Positions 1-12,206 of a DNA stretch of 64,000 nt are shown here, in pieces. Below the pieces are notes generated by a model. The model was given only the letters and a program-made list of their open reading frames with translations. It did no database searches and was not told the DNA's origin. This DNA comes from Chromera velia (taxonomy: Eukaryota), in the NCBI GenBank assembly GCA_018398765.1, contig JAHBMJ010000190.1:1-64000 (forward strand). Reading direction: 5' to 3'. A program made the translations under genes and the position numbers. The number at the start of each line of letters is the position of its first letter. The stretch's first letter is position 1.

Positions 1-380
1 GGGGGGGAGGGCGGGGGGGAGGGGGAGACGAGGTGCAGGAGGGGTCCGAGATGGAGGGGGCGAAAGAGGTGCTGCACCCTCAGCCACAGATGGAGGGATC
101 GCTGCGTCTGCGGTGGCTGAGGGGGAAGGGGGGGGGGCCGAGATGAAGGGGGCGACAGAGGTGGTGCAGCCTCAGGCACAGATGGGGGAGCACCTGCATT
201 GCTACCCCCGGCTTTATCACGGGACGGGAACCTGGTTGGAGATCAAGAGGACGCGCTCCCTCTTCCGCCTGTTGAAAACCTGACGCTCGGACCCCGCGCT
301 GAGCTCTCCACAGCGCAGGCCGAAGAGATTCTTCAGGTCTGGGGTGCACCTGAACTGCCTGCTCCTCCCCCCATAGACCC

Positions 381-418
<38 letters not shown>

Positions 419-982
419 ATGCCTGCATCTGAAGACATGCACGCTTCTGTCCTGCAGGCAAGATGGACCCTGAAGAACCCAAATCCGTAAGGAACCCGCG
501 CTCAGCGAGTGCTGGAACTGTGCTTGGGTGAGTTTCTTATAATTGACTTGCCAAAGCCGTTGTCTGCTGGTTGAAATCCCTTGACCCTTCGAGCGCCCCC
601 TTCAATTGTACCGTGTTTTTGTGCATGCGAGTGTCTGCGCAGAGGAAGCAGCCGTGAAGGAGGAGGAAGTGGAGGAAGGAGGCAATCCGCTGGCAACATC
701 GTCAACAGTATACTGCAAGGTGCTCTTCCAGACCCGAGAAACTACATGTGAGTCACTTCAGTGCGTGTTCATCTCTTCTTCGTTTCTTCTGCCTGCACAT
801 CATTCTGTATATCCATGCAGCATGGAAGAGGGCTCAGCAGTTTTGTGCTTCCCCCCCAGGACAGGTACCCTGGACCGGCTTCCTTCGCGATGATCTGGCA
901 GGAAGGACCCCTTGACCCGCCAGAGGATTCTGGGAGCCGTCTGTTTGGTCGTTATCCTGACGTCGTCGGGATCAGTCTTCGA

Positions 983-1021
<39 letters not shown>

Positions 1022-4000
1022 TCTCTCTCTCTTCCTCGAGACTCTCAGAAAACGCTATGTGAATGAATGCAGGTGCTCCCATCGCTCGAGTCCTGGCGCG
1101 CTGCCTCATTGCTCACTTTCTCCTGGGCACGATGTCGGAGGGCTTCCTTGCCTGGAGGAGAGCGTTGCGTCTCGAGTGTAGGACCGCTGTCGGAAGTAGA
1201 GGGAGGGAAGAAGTCCCTTATCTCTGCAGTCTCAGTGTCACCGTTCGGTCACGCTTTCTTTTTTTCTCTGGCTTGCTTGCAGGAGCAAGATCTGGAACCC
1301 GTGCGTCTTGGGCAAATGCCCCGTACCCAAACAAATGCAGCACCCTCTACCTCAACGCAGAAGAGGCCAACAGAGTGAGACAGTCAACGCCTGCCGGCCC
1401 CCCATGCATGCAAGGAGGGGCTGAGAAGAGCGATAAGAAATGCTCTCGCCCCGCCCCTGCAGCTGACCCTGATGAGGTGAGGGCTGAGGCAGATCCAATC
1501 AGTTGGTCTCTGTTGAAAGGAACCACCCGCCACGCAAAGAACATGAAATTGCAGATTCTGCGATGTGTTCGCAAAGGAACACACCCCGTACGGGACGTTC
1601 TTCGAAGGTCTTTCTCTGTCTCTCTCCCCCAATCCAGGGCAGAGAGAGCCTCAAGCCCATTGATGCCATCATGCACCAAGGCCATTGCATGATCCCATCA
1701 GTCAAAGTCATACAGATTGCCCTTTTGGGGAGGAGGACAAAAGACCCGAAGAAGCCGGCAGACCGGCGAGGGCCCCCTCCATGCACCTTCAATCCTGAAG
1801 GTTTTGAAGATCGGGGTGGATGGGCATCAATTGGATGGATTAAATTTGATGCGAAAGGAGGAGAAGATTGCCTCTGCCCCCTTCCCCATCAGGAAGCTTT
1901 TGAGGGAGAGAACCCTCCAGTTCTGTGGGGGAGTAGACCCCCAGCTCTACTGGAGTCAACTGCCCATGCAAGGAGGCCAAAGAGTTCCTTGACTCTCGAT
2001 CACCCTGGGAGTCAAGCAACTGCTGCATGTGAGCGAATTTGCTCACGGCAGATCTTTGCAGTCGATTGAACTGCCGTCTACCTCCATTCTCTTCCCCTCC
2101 CCGTCAACCTCCATTCTCTTGTCTGTCTGTCTGCCTGTCTGTCTCTCTGTCTGTCTTTCGTCTGTCTGAAGAAAACATAGTCTGTCTGTCTGTCCTAGAA
2201 AAGAAGAAAAAGGAAGCTAGAAAAAGACGAGAACATGTAGGTTTTCTGGGAAAAATGAGAAAAAGAAAGACTGGAGAAGATGTGGTCTGTGTGTCCGTGT
2301 GCAGCAAAATTTTTCTCCATGCACCACCTTCCTTTCTTGCAGGTAATATGGAGACGGAGAGCCAAGACGAAACCTTTTCCGTCAGTGCTCTCCTCACCCG
2401 CCTTGCCCCGCTGTTCTCCAAGTCTCTTGCTATTGGCGTTCTGCTTGACTTCATTGCCTCTAAAGACTCCGGCCCTTTGTCTCCTTTTTCCTGGATTTCT
2501 GGCTTCTTTCTTTTCTGCATGCCCTCTCTTCTCTCCGGCTGCCTCTGATCGACAACCCCACAGTCTCTCTTTGAAGAGCCTGCCAGTTAGTGAGTCGCAC
2601 CCCTGACCTCAAACAGGCGACTCTTTCCTTGAATTGCGGACTGAAATTGTCAACCACAGATGCACTGCCAGAAACCCGTGCATGGCTTCAATTTTGTGTG
2701 CAGAAAATTCTGGAAAGAACTTACACTGCATGGGGAGGTCCGTGAGTTTCTGATGATTGGGGATTTCCCCACACATGAAGGAGAAACATTTTTCAGGTTA
2801 GTCGCTCGGAAACTCTTCCCAGTCACATGCATTGCCACTCTGTTGTCCTCAATTGAATTGATCAGATTCTGACATGAAAGGAGTCGTACGGGAGAAGGAT
2901 GCTTTGGTTTCATTTTCTGTCCCCTCTCCCGCTTTCCCATGCCCATTTCCGTTCGTCGAACTGTAAAGAGCCGCCCTGCATGTCCCCCCTCTCAATATAT
3001 GTCCGAGGTGGACTCACTTGCTATACTGCTTGCCGTCGGGCATTTCTTTCGCCACTATAGGTGCCTCTCCGATCCGCGGAGAATTTGTACATCAGTGAGC
3101 AACAGCGCGATGAAATCGCCAACATTCAATGCTGTCCGCAAAGTCCCAATCCATGATCGAATTGCTGTACGCGCGGGGGTTGCTACAAGAAGCCAGAGGT
3201 CCGTTTTCTGAAACTATGTGCTGTCGGTAATTGCCCAAGATATTGCCGCAAGGACACATATATACAATACACATACGTGTGTCGCAGATGGTCACACAAC
3301 ATTATCTGTCAGACCGTTGTACAACGTGTTCTCTCCACTGAATCTCCCCTGTGTTGCCCAGCTGCTTTGTACACATTTTGTGCTGTTGATAGATGCTGAT
3401 CGATCGAAAGGATTGCGCATGGAAGGGGTGTCTTCTGTTCTTTTCTTTTCTCGTCTGTATACGGTTCAGACAAGTGCATGTGCGAGCTAAGAGCTGGGCG
3501 TGTGTGTGTGTATGTGTGTGTGTGCGTGTGTGCGTGTGTTTNNNNGCATGTCTGCATGTCTGCATGTCTGCATGAATGTGCAGGGGGACAAGAGTCACAA
3601 GACTCTGACCATGATGGGGAAGAGGAAGAAGAGGATGGAGAGGAAGAAGACGAGCCCCTGCCTGCCGTGGCATTCGTGTCAATTCCTCCAGAGGGGCTCT
3701 GCCTTTTGTAAGCTGGGAGCCTGTGGCATGTTTCATGCCTACGACGGAGACCTGGGGGGGTTTGAGAACCTCCTCTTGCTTATGAAGGCCATTTGCAGTC
3801 TTGGGATTGTTGTCTGTGTGGCGGGATCCAGGGGACGTGGCTGGGGGGGGATCTCGTTGAAGAGGGGCAAGTGAGGGAAATAAGGGGGCGTGTTCCCTTC
3901 GCCGCCAAGACTAGCTGGTGCTTCGAAGTACAGGAGCCACCAGCTTGTGATCACGAGGTCAGTCTTTCGGAATTTGTTCATGGTGGTTTGACACGAACGA

Positions 4001-4100
4001 ACGAACCATGCAATCTAGGATCGATAGCGAGTGATGCAACAACTGAAGATCCCTTCATTTCCCTTTCACCCACTGAGCCGAAATCCTGATAACCGATTGA
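1..4100 (+). pseudogene. Spliced hypothetical gene remnant, product unknown
   Basis: GC-rich exon-like blocks bounded by GT donors (gtgagt ~528, ~748) and cag acceptors, with microsatellite-filled introns. The joined frame meets stops (e.g. TGA ~891, TAA ~3709). No recognisable domain. Confidence 0.3.
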
Positions 4101-4528
4101 ATGGCCTCTGTACATTATTCCTGGGCATTCCTTGCATGCTCCCTTGTTTTTGAGATATCATGCAGTCACCCTATACAGGCTGCCACCGAGGCAGCTCTAT
4201 CGCAGGACACCGTTGTCTATCTCTCAATCCTCTGTTGTTTTCTATGATGGAACTCTTGTGTGCAGAGGCTTTGCCAGAATGAGCTCACCGTCCCCTAGTT
4301 TGTGCCGATTGTCTACTACTGTATTCCATCCGTTCTGCCTCCGCTGCTTCCCGCCCCCCAGGGAGCGGCATCCCCCAGGGGGGCGGAGCGTGCAAAGACG
4401 TATCCGGGAAGGCGGGCTGGATGGATGGATGGGCAGACATGAGGAGCTCGGCTGTTGTTGCGGGGGTCATGGAGACTATATATGGGGAAGGGGAGAGGTC
4501 GGAAGTTGAAGAAGGTGAAGCTCAGAGT

Positions 4529-4720
4529 TGATTTATGTTGCTTTTCCGGACTAACTTACCGGGGCCATGCATGCCTAGTAATAGAGAAACGGCTAGATCC
4601 TCCTAAAGAGACTTATTGCTTTTAGCAAGTCTCTACTGAACTTAATGTCTTTGTCAGTGAATGGTCAGTGTAATGTTTGCTCTAGAAGTTCTGTGCTTAC
4701 CAAGACTAAAGTAGAACTCA
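4529..4720 (+). repeat. 5' LTR of copia element (TG...CA; exact ends uncertain by a few nt)
   Basis: Matches 11176-11367 with 7 substitutions by hand alignment (6 transitions). Internal hairpins such as agagactt...aagtctct. Confidence 0.9.
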
Positions 4721-4724
4721 CTAC

Positions 4725-4738
4725 GGTTAATAGCCACA
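4725..4738 (+). promoter_or_regulatory. Putative primer-binding site complementary to the tRNA-Asn(GUU) anticodon arm
   Basis: GGTTAATAGCCACA lies 4 nt after the 5' LTR. Its reverse complement TGTGGCTATTAACC matches the tRNA-Asn anticodon-arm pattern TGTGGCTGTTAACC with one G:U pair. Confidence 0.55.
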
Positions 4739-4826
4739 ATTACACTGATCAGTGCGCCGCACAAGAAGTCAGGTTGTGAAAACCGTTTTCTCTTGTTCTC
4801 TTCTTCCTGACAGTTTCCCTTCTTCG

Positions 4827-7800
4827 ATGTCGTCTCAGCCAGAGGCAAAGTTTATTCCCATCACTCCGCAATGCCCACCGCAAATCGTTCGCTATTCCAC
4901 CGTGAAAGATTGGCTGAAGCATGCAGAGCTTTGGGTCAAAGACATTGCCTCCCTCTCTTCTCTTTTGTCTGCGTACACCTATCTCTTGACTGCCGCTTAC
5001 GGTGACGCTCTGTTGACAGATAGAATCGAAGAGGTGATTAAGTCTGCAGATCCTCTGCCGGTCCTGTCAGTCGAGGACGCCGCCGATGAGGCAAAGAAAG
5101 CGGAGCACATCAAGGCTCTGAGAGAGCAGATCCAGAAAGATTTCTTCGGTGTCTTAAAGTCCAAGTATGGTCTCAGAGATGCCGAAAGTAAGTTTCTTGT
5201 GAAGTGGGGGGTCATCTTCTTTCCCTTCCTCACAGGAAAGAAGTTCTCTCTCCTAGACCTTGTTCTTCTCTTCAGCCAGGTAGTCAAGGAGTGCGAGGAC
5301 CTGACAGTCACGTTTGACACCGAGTTCCTTGTCTCTATGTTTCTTGAGTCACTTGAGCAGAGAGACAGGAATTGGTTGTCAACCGAGACAACAAAGGTCC
5401 AGAGAGGGGCGGCCCAGCATACAGTGAAAGTCACCTCTTCCTGGAAGGTATTCAGAACGTTTCTTCTCGAGTGGCTTGACGAGCAGGTCGCAGGAGATGC
5501 GAACAGGAAAACAGACAGCAGGCTCACCCTTGAAAACTACCTGAAGTGGGTAGAGTCTTTGAGGGCCAAGACTGCTGCCATTCCGTTTTCCGCTCCATCA
5601 GAGAAGAAGCAGTCTTCTGCCAGACAGGGGGGTGGTGTAGTTGGAAATGGTGCCAACCCAGCAACGGTGATTGAGAATGCAGAGATGGAGACGGCAAAGC
5701 AAGTGGGGAAGCGCGCAAAGCGAAATGCTGTCAAGAGAGTGGGGAAGTTGATGAGAACATACTCCAACCAGATGTCGATAAGAAAGTTTGGGGGGCAGCA
5801 GCATCAGTCGCAGCAGCAGCAGCAGCACCATCAGTCGCAGCATGAGCAGCAGAGCAGTGTTGCTCATCCCAAGTTTTCTCAATCTGCAGGTAGCAGCAGC
5901 CAGAGTTTTGGACGTCAGTTTGGCGGCGGGGGGAAGGGACAGTCCTTTCGCGCTAGGCTGGCCGCATTGCTTTCGGAGCTGCCCGCGGACGGCGCCGCCA
6001 ACGCCGACAAGACGGCAAATGGCACTGCGCCCTTCAGCACCGATCAGATCGATCTGTCCGGACTGAGCCACGATGAGCTGTCTATCATGGCAGACGAACT
6101 TAACCGCCGCATAGTCGAAGCAGCAGGGTATGATGATGTCACGCAACACACCGAGACAGTTCAGACCGCTCGCGTCTCCAGATGCGTGTCGTTCGGAGAC
6201 GAAGATGATGACGCCGCTTCGTTTGTTTCGTGCGAAGACTTTGCAGACTGCCTCAGTCTCTGCGGCAGTGAGGACGCAGATCACGAAGAAAAGATTGCTG
6301 CCCTCAGAGATGAGTCCAAAAAGGTCTTTGCAGTGCAGGCAGCGAAGGCGACTGGAGGGGAAGGCACGACAGTCACTACAGAGTTCGACTCTCAGTGTAG
6401 CTTTTCTATCTTCCCCCGTTCGAAAGTGCGTTTGATCAGGGAGTGGCCCTGTGTGTCGCGCTACGTTGAGGCCTTTGGGTCTCGCGCAGAGGCAGTGACG
6501 ACCACGCGAGGGCTTGCGTGCTTCGAGTATCCGGCGGTGGGAGGGGGGTCTATTTCGGTCGTTCAGGAAGGAAACGTCACGGACGCACCGGATGCAGATC
6601 TCCTCATTCATGTGGGGGCNNNNNAGCAGGCTCACCCTTGAAAACTACCTGAAGTGGGTAGAGTCTTTGAGGGCCAAGACTGCTGCCATTCCGTTTTCCG
6701 CTCCATCAGAGAAGAAGCAGTCTTCTGCCAGACAGGGGGGTGGTGTAGTTGGAAATGGTGCCAACCCAGCAACGGTGATTGAGAATGCAGAGATGGAGAC
6801 GGCAAAGCAAGTGGGGAAGCGCGCAAAGCGAAATGCTGTCAAGAGAGTGGGGAAGTTGATGAGAACATACTCCAACCAGATGTCGATAAGAAAGTTTGGG
6901 GGGCAGCAGCATCAGTCGCAGCAGCAGCAGCAGCACCATCAGTCGCAGCATGAGCAGCAGAGCAGTGTTGCTCATCCCAAGTTTTCTCAATCTGCAGGTA
7001 GCAGCAGCCAGAGTTTTGGACGTCAGTTTGGCGGCGGGGGGAAGGGACAGTCCTTTCGCGCTAGGCTGGCCGCATTGCTTTCGGAGCTGCCCGCGGACGG
7101 CGCCGCCAACGCCGACAAGACGGCAAATGGCACTGCGCCCTTCAGCACCGATCAGATCGATCTGTCCGGACTGAGCCACGATGAGCTGTCTATCATGGCA
7201 GACGAACTTAACCGCCGCATAGTCGAAGCAGCAGGGTATGATGATGTCACGCAACACACCGAGACAGTTCAGACCGCTCGCGTCTCCAGATGCGTGTCGT
7301 TCGGAGACGAAGATGATGACGCCGCTTCGTTTGTTTCGTGCGAAGACTTTGCAGACTGCCTCAGTCTCTGCGGCAGTGAGGACGCAGATCACGAAGAAAA
7401 GATTGCTGCCCTCAGAGATGAGTCCAAAAAGGTCTTTGCAGTGCAGGCAGCGAAGGCGACTGGAGGGGAAGGCACGACAGTCACTGCAGAGTTCGACTCT
7501 CAGTGTAGCTTTTCTATCTTCCCCCGTTCGAAAGTGCGTTTGATCAGGGAGTGGCCCTGTGTGTCGCGCTACGTTGAGGCCTTTGGGTCTCGCGCAGAGG
7601 CAGTGACGACCACGCGAGGGCTTGCGTGCTTCGAGTATCCGGCGGTGGGAGGGGGGTCTATTTCGGTCGTTCAGGAAGGAAACGTCACGGACGCACCGGA
7701 TGCAGATCTCCTCATTCATGTGGGGGCGGTGGACCGATTTGATGGCACAGCAGTTGTGCGCAGCAACGGCGGGAAGTTTGTGCGGGTTGGGTTGCAGCCT

Positions 7801-7923
7801 GAATTCGATCCACAGGGAGCGTACCCTTTCCGGGCGTCGACTCGCGTCCGGATTCACACGGTCAGCAAGGAAGTCCCTGCATGCGCAGTGCTTGCGAACG
7901 CAGTCGTTGCGTGTGAGCCGTAG
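4827..7923 (+). CDS. gag: Copia Gag plus aspartic-protease-like region (includes an artefactual 1.1-kb duplication at the N gap)
   Basis: ATG at 4827 after LTR/PBS; helical Gag-like N-terminus; Q/G-rich linker; degenerate protease motif EFDSQCSFSIF. Ends at an in-frame TAG that stays in frame with pol. Confidence 0.75.
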
Positions 7924-10900
7924 GCCACGTATGTGCTTTGCTGTTTGTATGCTCTTTCTTGTGTTGAACGAAACTGGTCTTCCCGATTTAGTCTCGCATC
8001 TTTAGTTGGTGGAAGAGTGATTGTCTCTTTGGGTTTGTTCCCTCTGCAGACTCCTCCCTCCAAGAAAGGGCTTCCTGTCCATCAAGACGGCTCCTCTTCT
8101 GTCTTCACCGGCAAGTAGGGAGTCGCCGTGCACCCAAGCAATCTTCGTTCTCCCGTTCCTGTTCCTTCTTCTGTGATTTTTCGCATACTGAGACAACACG
8201 TTCGTTTTGGTCACGCTTCTTTTCCTCGCCTTCTTGCAACGATGAAAGAACACAAACAGAATTACCAACACATTCTTTCTGTCCCTCGGTCTCATACAGA
8301 AGCTGCCCTCAAGTGGTGTCCATCCTGCTGTCTTGTGAATGCTACCCACCACTCTTCCCCTCCGTCTGCGTCTCGCGCTCAACTCTCGTGGTTAGACGAG
8401 GTGTGGGCAGACATTTTCGAGGTTAGTCGACTCGATCCCGAAATCGGTCGGAAGGTCTCTCTTTTGGGGTTCCGTTGGGTGTTTGTGATGAGGGATGCAA
8501 AGAAAGGGGTGGTGCTCACGAGGGCAATGAAAAGAAGGACAGACAGTGGGCCTTTAGCTGCAGTGTGCGAATGGATAAGTGAGTACGGTCTTATGAAAAA
8601 GTTTGTTTCAGACAATGCGGGAGAGATTTGTGAAGGGAAGGTAAAGGCAATGTTGGAAGAGAGGGGTGTGCATGTCTGTCCAAGGCCTCCTGAGTCTTCT
8701 GACGGACCTGCCGAAAGGTGGATTCGAACAGCGAGGGCAGGTCTCAGGTCGTTCATTCATATATACAAACTCCCTCTTTGTTTCTTCCCTTGTGTGTTGC
8801 GGGCGGTTGAATATTCATGCAACCAAACAGCGTCAGCAGAGACAGGTCGTTCTCCTCTGCGCGCTGCTTTGAGTGTTCGGCCAAAGGTGACATGCATGCC
8901 GGGAGATCCTGTTGTCTACATCCCGCCCTTTCACAAGAAAGTCGAGAATACTCTCCGCCCTCCGGGAAAGGTATGCATTTTCCTTTGCGCGGTGTCGCCA
9001 TATGAATGGATGCTTGCGGAATGGAGTGCCTTTTCTTCAGACTGGTCACGGGTTGTTCGCGTGCATCCCCTCAAACATGGTGTGAAGTCTTGCTCGCAAG
9101 GAAGTTTACTTTCTTCGGGACTGGTTGATCATGTGGGAGAGTGGATGTTGGGAGATGCCCGGCCTTCTTTGCAGTCAGAAGGCGGGGGGGGGGAACAGAT
9201 GAACAAAGGGAAGACTGTAGGTCGGGGGGGGCACGAAAACGAAAACGGAATTGAAGCAAAGAAACAAGACGATTTTTCTTTTCCTTCTTCTTCTTCTTCT
9301 TCTTCTTCCTTTTCTCCGTCTCCTCTTTCTTCTTCTTCTGAGTCTTCACAGCCAGAGATTATTTGGGGGGAACCTGTTGAGTTGGATGAGTCAACTGATA
9401 CTCAGCGCGCGGCTGTGTGCGGGTTTTGCTTTGAAAAAGGGCACAGGGCGTACGCATGCAAGCAGAAAGAAAAGCCAGCTGATCTTTCTTACACTTTGCC
9501 TGAGTCTCTGAACAATTCGGGAAAGAACCAGATTCCTGTTTCCCTCTCTGATCCTGCTGTGAAGGAAGGTCTGTTCAATGAAGCAATGAACAGTGAGCTT
9601 GACAAGTTCGAGAGATTTTCTGTTTTAGGGGATGCTGATAAAATTCCTGCTGCGTCTGCTCCTACTCTTGAATTCTGCTCTGTCTCCTCTACTCTCCATT
9701 CTTTTCTTCTTCTGTGCAAGTGGGTGTTGACGTGGAAATTGAAAGACGGAAAGAGAGTCCCAAAGGCACGTCTTGTCTGTGCAGGACATTCAAGAAGAGA
9801 TCAACGTGACTGTGAAACGTATGCAGGCACGCCTGATGCATCAATCTTTCGCCTCTTCTTTATTTTCTGTTTGGTGAAAGGATGGGTCTTTGCTCTGACA
9901 GATGTGACGTGTGCTTTCCTTCAGGCGCCCATCACTGGCTCTGCCGCCTCTGCGGTGCGCGTGAAGATGCCTCAGTTTTTTCCAAAGGGAAGAAAATGGA
10001 GTTTTCAGCCTGGGGGGGTGTATCGAATTCTGAAAGCTCTTTATGGTTTGAAAGACAGTCCAAGAATCTTCACTTAGTAGCTTAAGAAAGTTTTGCGTTC
10101 TCTCTTTTCCTTTTTTGAGTGTGCTGAGTTGATCCTCATCCAGACCCGCTCTCCTCTTCCTTCTCCTGTTTGCTCTTCAGACAGTAAGTCGTGGGCCGAT
10201 GTTGCTCAGGTAGACATCACAGCGGCAGTACAAATGCATATAGACGACTTACTTTTGATTTTGCCTGACCTGCTCGAGACTTTGAGACAGTTCAGAAAGC
10301 GTGTTGAATGTGATGAGCCTGAACTGATCGGACCTGGAGGAAGCAAAGTCGTTGGACTTGATCTCTCTCATGATAGTCAGAAAGGGGTAATCAAACAACT
10401 TTTTTTTGAAGGACAAAAGAAGTACATTAGTACAGACTCTCTACCTGAGCCTAAGAGAAGCAGAAAGCTGGAGAAGGCAGATTTCAAGAAGCCTGAAGAG
10501 AAAGAGATAGACATGAAATTGGAAGGGACTTTTCGAACTTTCCTTGGAATGCTCGGTTGGTTGTGCAAGACCAGGTTCGATCTTGCTTTTGCTTTTTCAC
10601 AATTGTCTCGATGGGCATCCAGACCGAGCCAGCGTCTTTTGCGTACTCTCGCAACTATTCTTTTTGTCGCTGTTGAGAAAGCACGAGAGCTGTTCTTTTT
10701 TACTGTCTCTGTGCCCGAGTTGCGTTTGTTTGTGGATGCAGCCTACTGCGATCATACTTGTGAATCAAGAAGCGGATTTATTTTTCAGCTTGCTGATCAG
10801 AGCTGGCCGCTGACGTGTCGTGTGAATCTGATTGATTGGTTCAGTCATAGAGAGAAGCGACTTGTGCGTTCCACTGCAGGAGCAGAGCTTCTTGCTCTCT

Positions 10901-11178
10901 GTCAAGGTGTGCTGCGAATGCCATTGCTTTTGACAGTCGCTCGTTTGCTTTTTGGCAGAATGAAAGTGCGTGTTTTGACTGATAGTGCAGCGTTGGTTGA
11001 ACAATTGAAGAATCGCGTTTACAAGAAAGAGCCTACTCTCCAAGGTCGTTTGCTTTTTACTTTGCAAGAGATCGAAGCTGTCGGTGCTACATTCGAGCAT
11101 GTCGATGGTGATGTTAGCCAGATGGCTGATTGTCTTACGAAATGGAAGGATCTAGATGTTGCCTGGCCGATCGGTTGA
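7924..11178 (+). CDS. pol: Copia Pol (integrase, reverse transcriptase, RNase H) interrupted by in-frame TAGs at 8116, 10075 and 10078
   Basis: IN: HVRFGH...CPSC, WADIF, SDNAGE, AERW. RT: KARLVCAG, DVTCAFLQA, KALYGLKDSPR, HIDDLL. RH: FVDAAY, RSTAGAELLAL, TDSAA, QMADCLTK. The final TGA (11176-11178) overlaps the start of the 3' LTR match. Confidence 0.92.
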
Positions 11179-11367
11179 TTTATGTTGCTTTTCCGGACTA
11201 ACTTACCGGAGCCATGCATGCTTAGTAATAGAGAAACGGCTAGATCCTCCTAAAGAGACTTATTGCTTTTAGCAAGTCTCTACTGAATTTAATGTCTTTG
11301 TCAGTGAATGGTCAGTGTAATGTTTGCTGTAAAAGTTCTGTGTTCACCAAGACTAAAGTAGAACTCA
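11176..11367 (+). repeat. 3' LTR of copia element
   Basis: Direct repeat of 4529-4720. Confidence 0.9.
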
Positions 11368-11369
11368 CT

Positions 11370-12206
11370 GTGAGTGAGTGAATTAGTGAGGAAAGTAAGA
11401 ATAACTCAGTGAGTCAGTGACTAAGTATGTTGGTAAGTGAGTAAGTGGGCACAATCAACTACAGCAACTAATACAATAAGCGTAGTAAGCGTGTAGTTTG
11501 GGACTTGTATAACGTTGTATTCAAATATTTTATAGACTAGCTCACAGTCTCAGTCACAGCTAGATGATTTAAAAGAGTAAGTTGATAATAGAAGGCGTAT
11601 GTAATGTTTGGCTACTACATATGCTACTATGCTACTATTAAAATGGCCAAAATATAAATAAAAGTAAATGAAAGAAACATTACAGCATATGTGTCTGTAT
11701 GTAAAAGACTTATATATTGACTCCGTAAATAAAAAATAAAAATGTAAGTAGATTTAAGCGGGGAGCACTGCTAAGAGCACTGTGATTTTTTTTTTTAATA
11801 AGCAAAAATAAGTTGTTAAAGATTTATCAGTAATATATTGCTATGGTTACAATTTTATTTTCTCTTTCACGTTTATTCACGTTAACACCATGTGTTAGCA
11901 AAGTCCTTGTACGTCATTAATTTTTTTATTAGTAAACGTATCTTATAGCAGAGCTCTTTTTATTTCTTCTTTTTAACTGTTTTGAAGCCCGTCCAGCCGT
12001 CTCTGGCCCTCTACGGCATTTACAGATACCGCGGCTACGCCTTTGCACAGCCAACAACCGTGATTGAGGGTTTTGTCATGCACCATATATTAATATGGGA
12101 AGGGGAACCTGTTGCATGCATGTACTACGATCATGGATGCACCTCTCAGTGCTCTCACCCTATCTCACCCCTGGGGGCTACGGCATGTCCCGTAGGGATA
12201 TTACAA
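11370..12206. repeat. ~840-bp direct repeat, copy 1 (copy 2 at 14343-15180)
   Basis: Collinear alignment by eye with 14343-15180. AT-rich; differences are mostly transitions. Confidence 0.9.

Larger units (their letters stand above)
4529..11367 (+). mobile_element. Ty1/copia LTR retrotransposon, near full length
   Basis: 192-bp direct terminal repeats flank gag-PR-IN-RT-RH in copia order (IN before RT). No TSD found. Confidence 0.95.

Noticed and set aside
5517..7727. 1.1-kb tandem duplication of gag/protease, suggesting two gag genes
   Set aside because: The copies are identical except for one base and are joined by 5 Ns, typical of an unmerged contig overlap.
5598..7857. Long antisense ORFs (345 and 383 aa) over gag
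   Set aside because: Shadow ORFs of a GC-rich coding strand, with no motifs.
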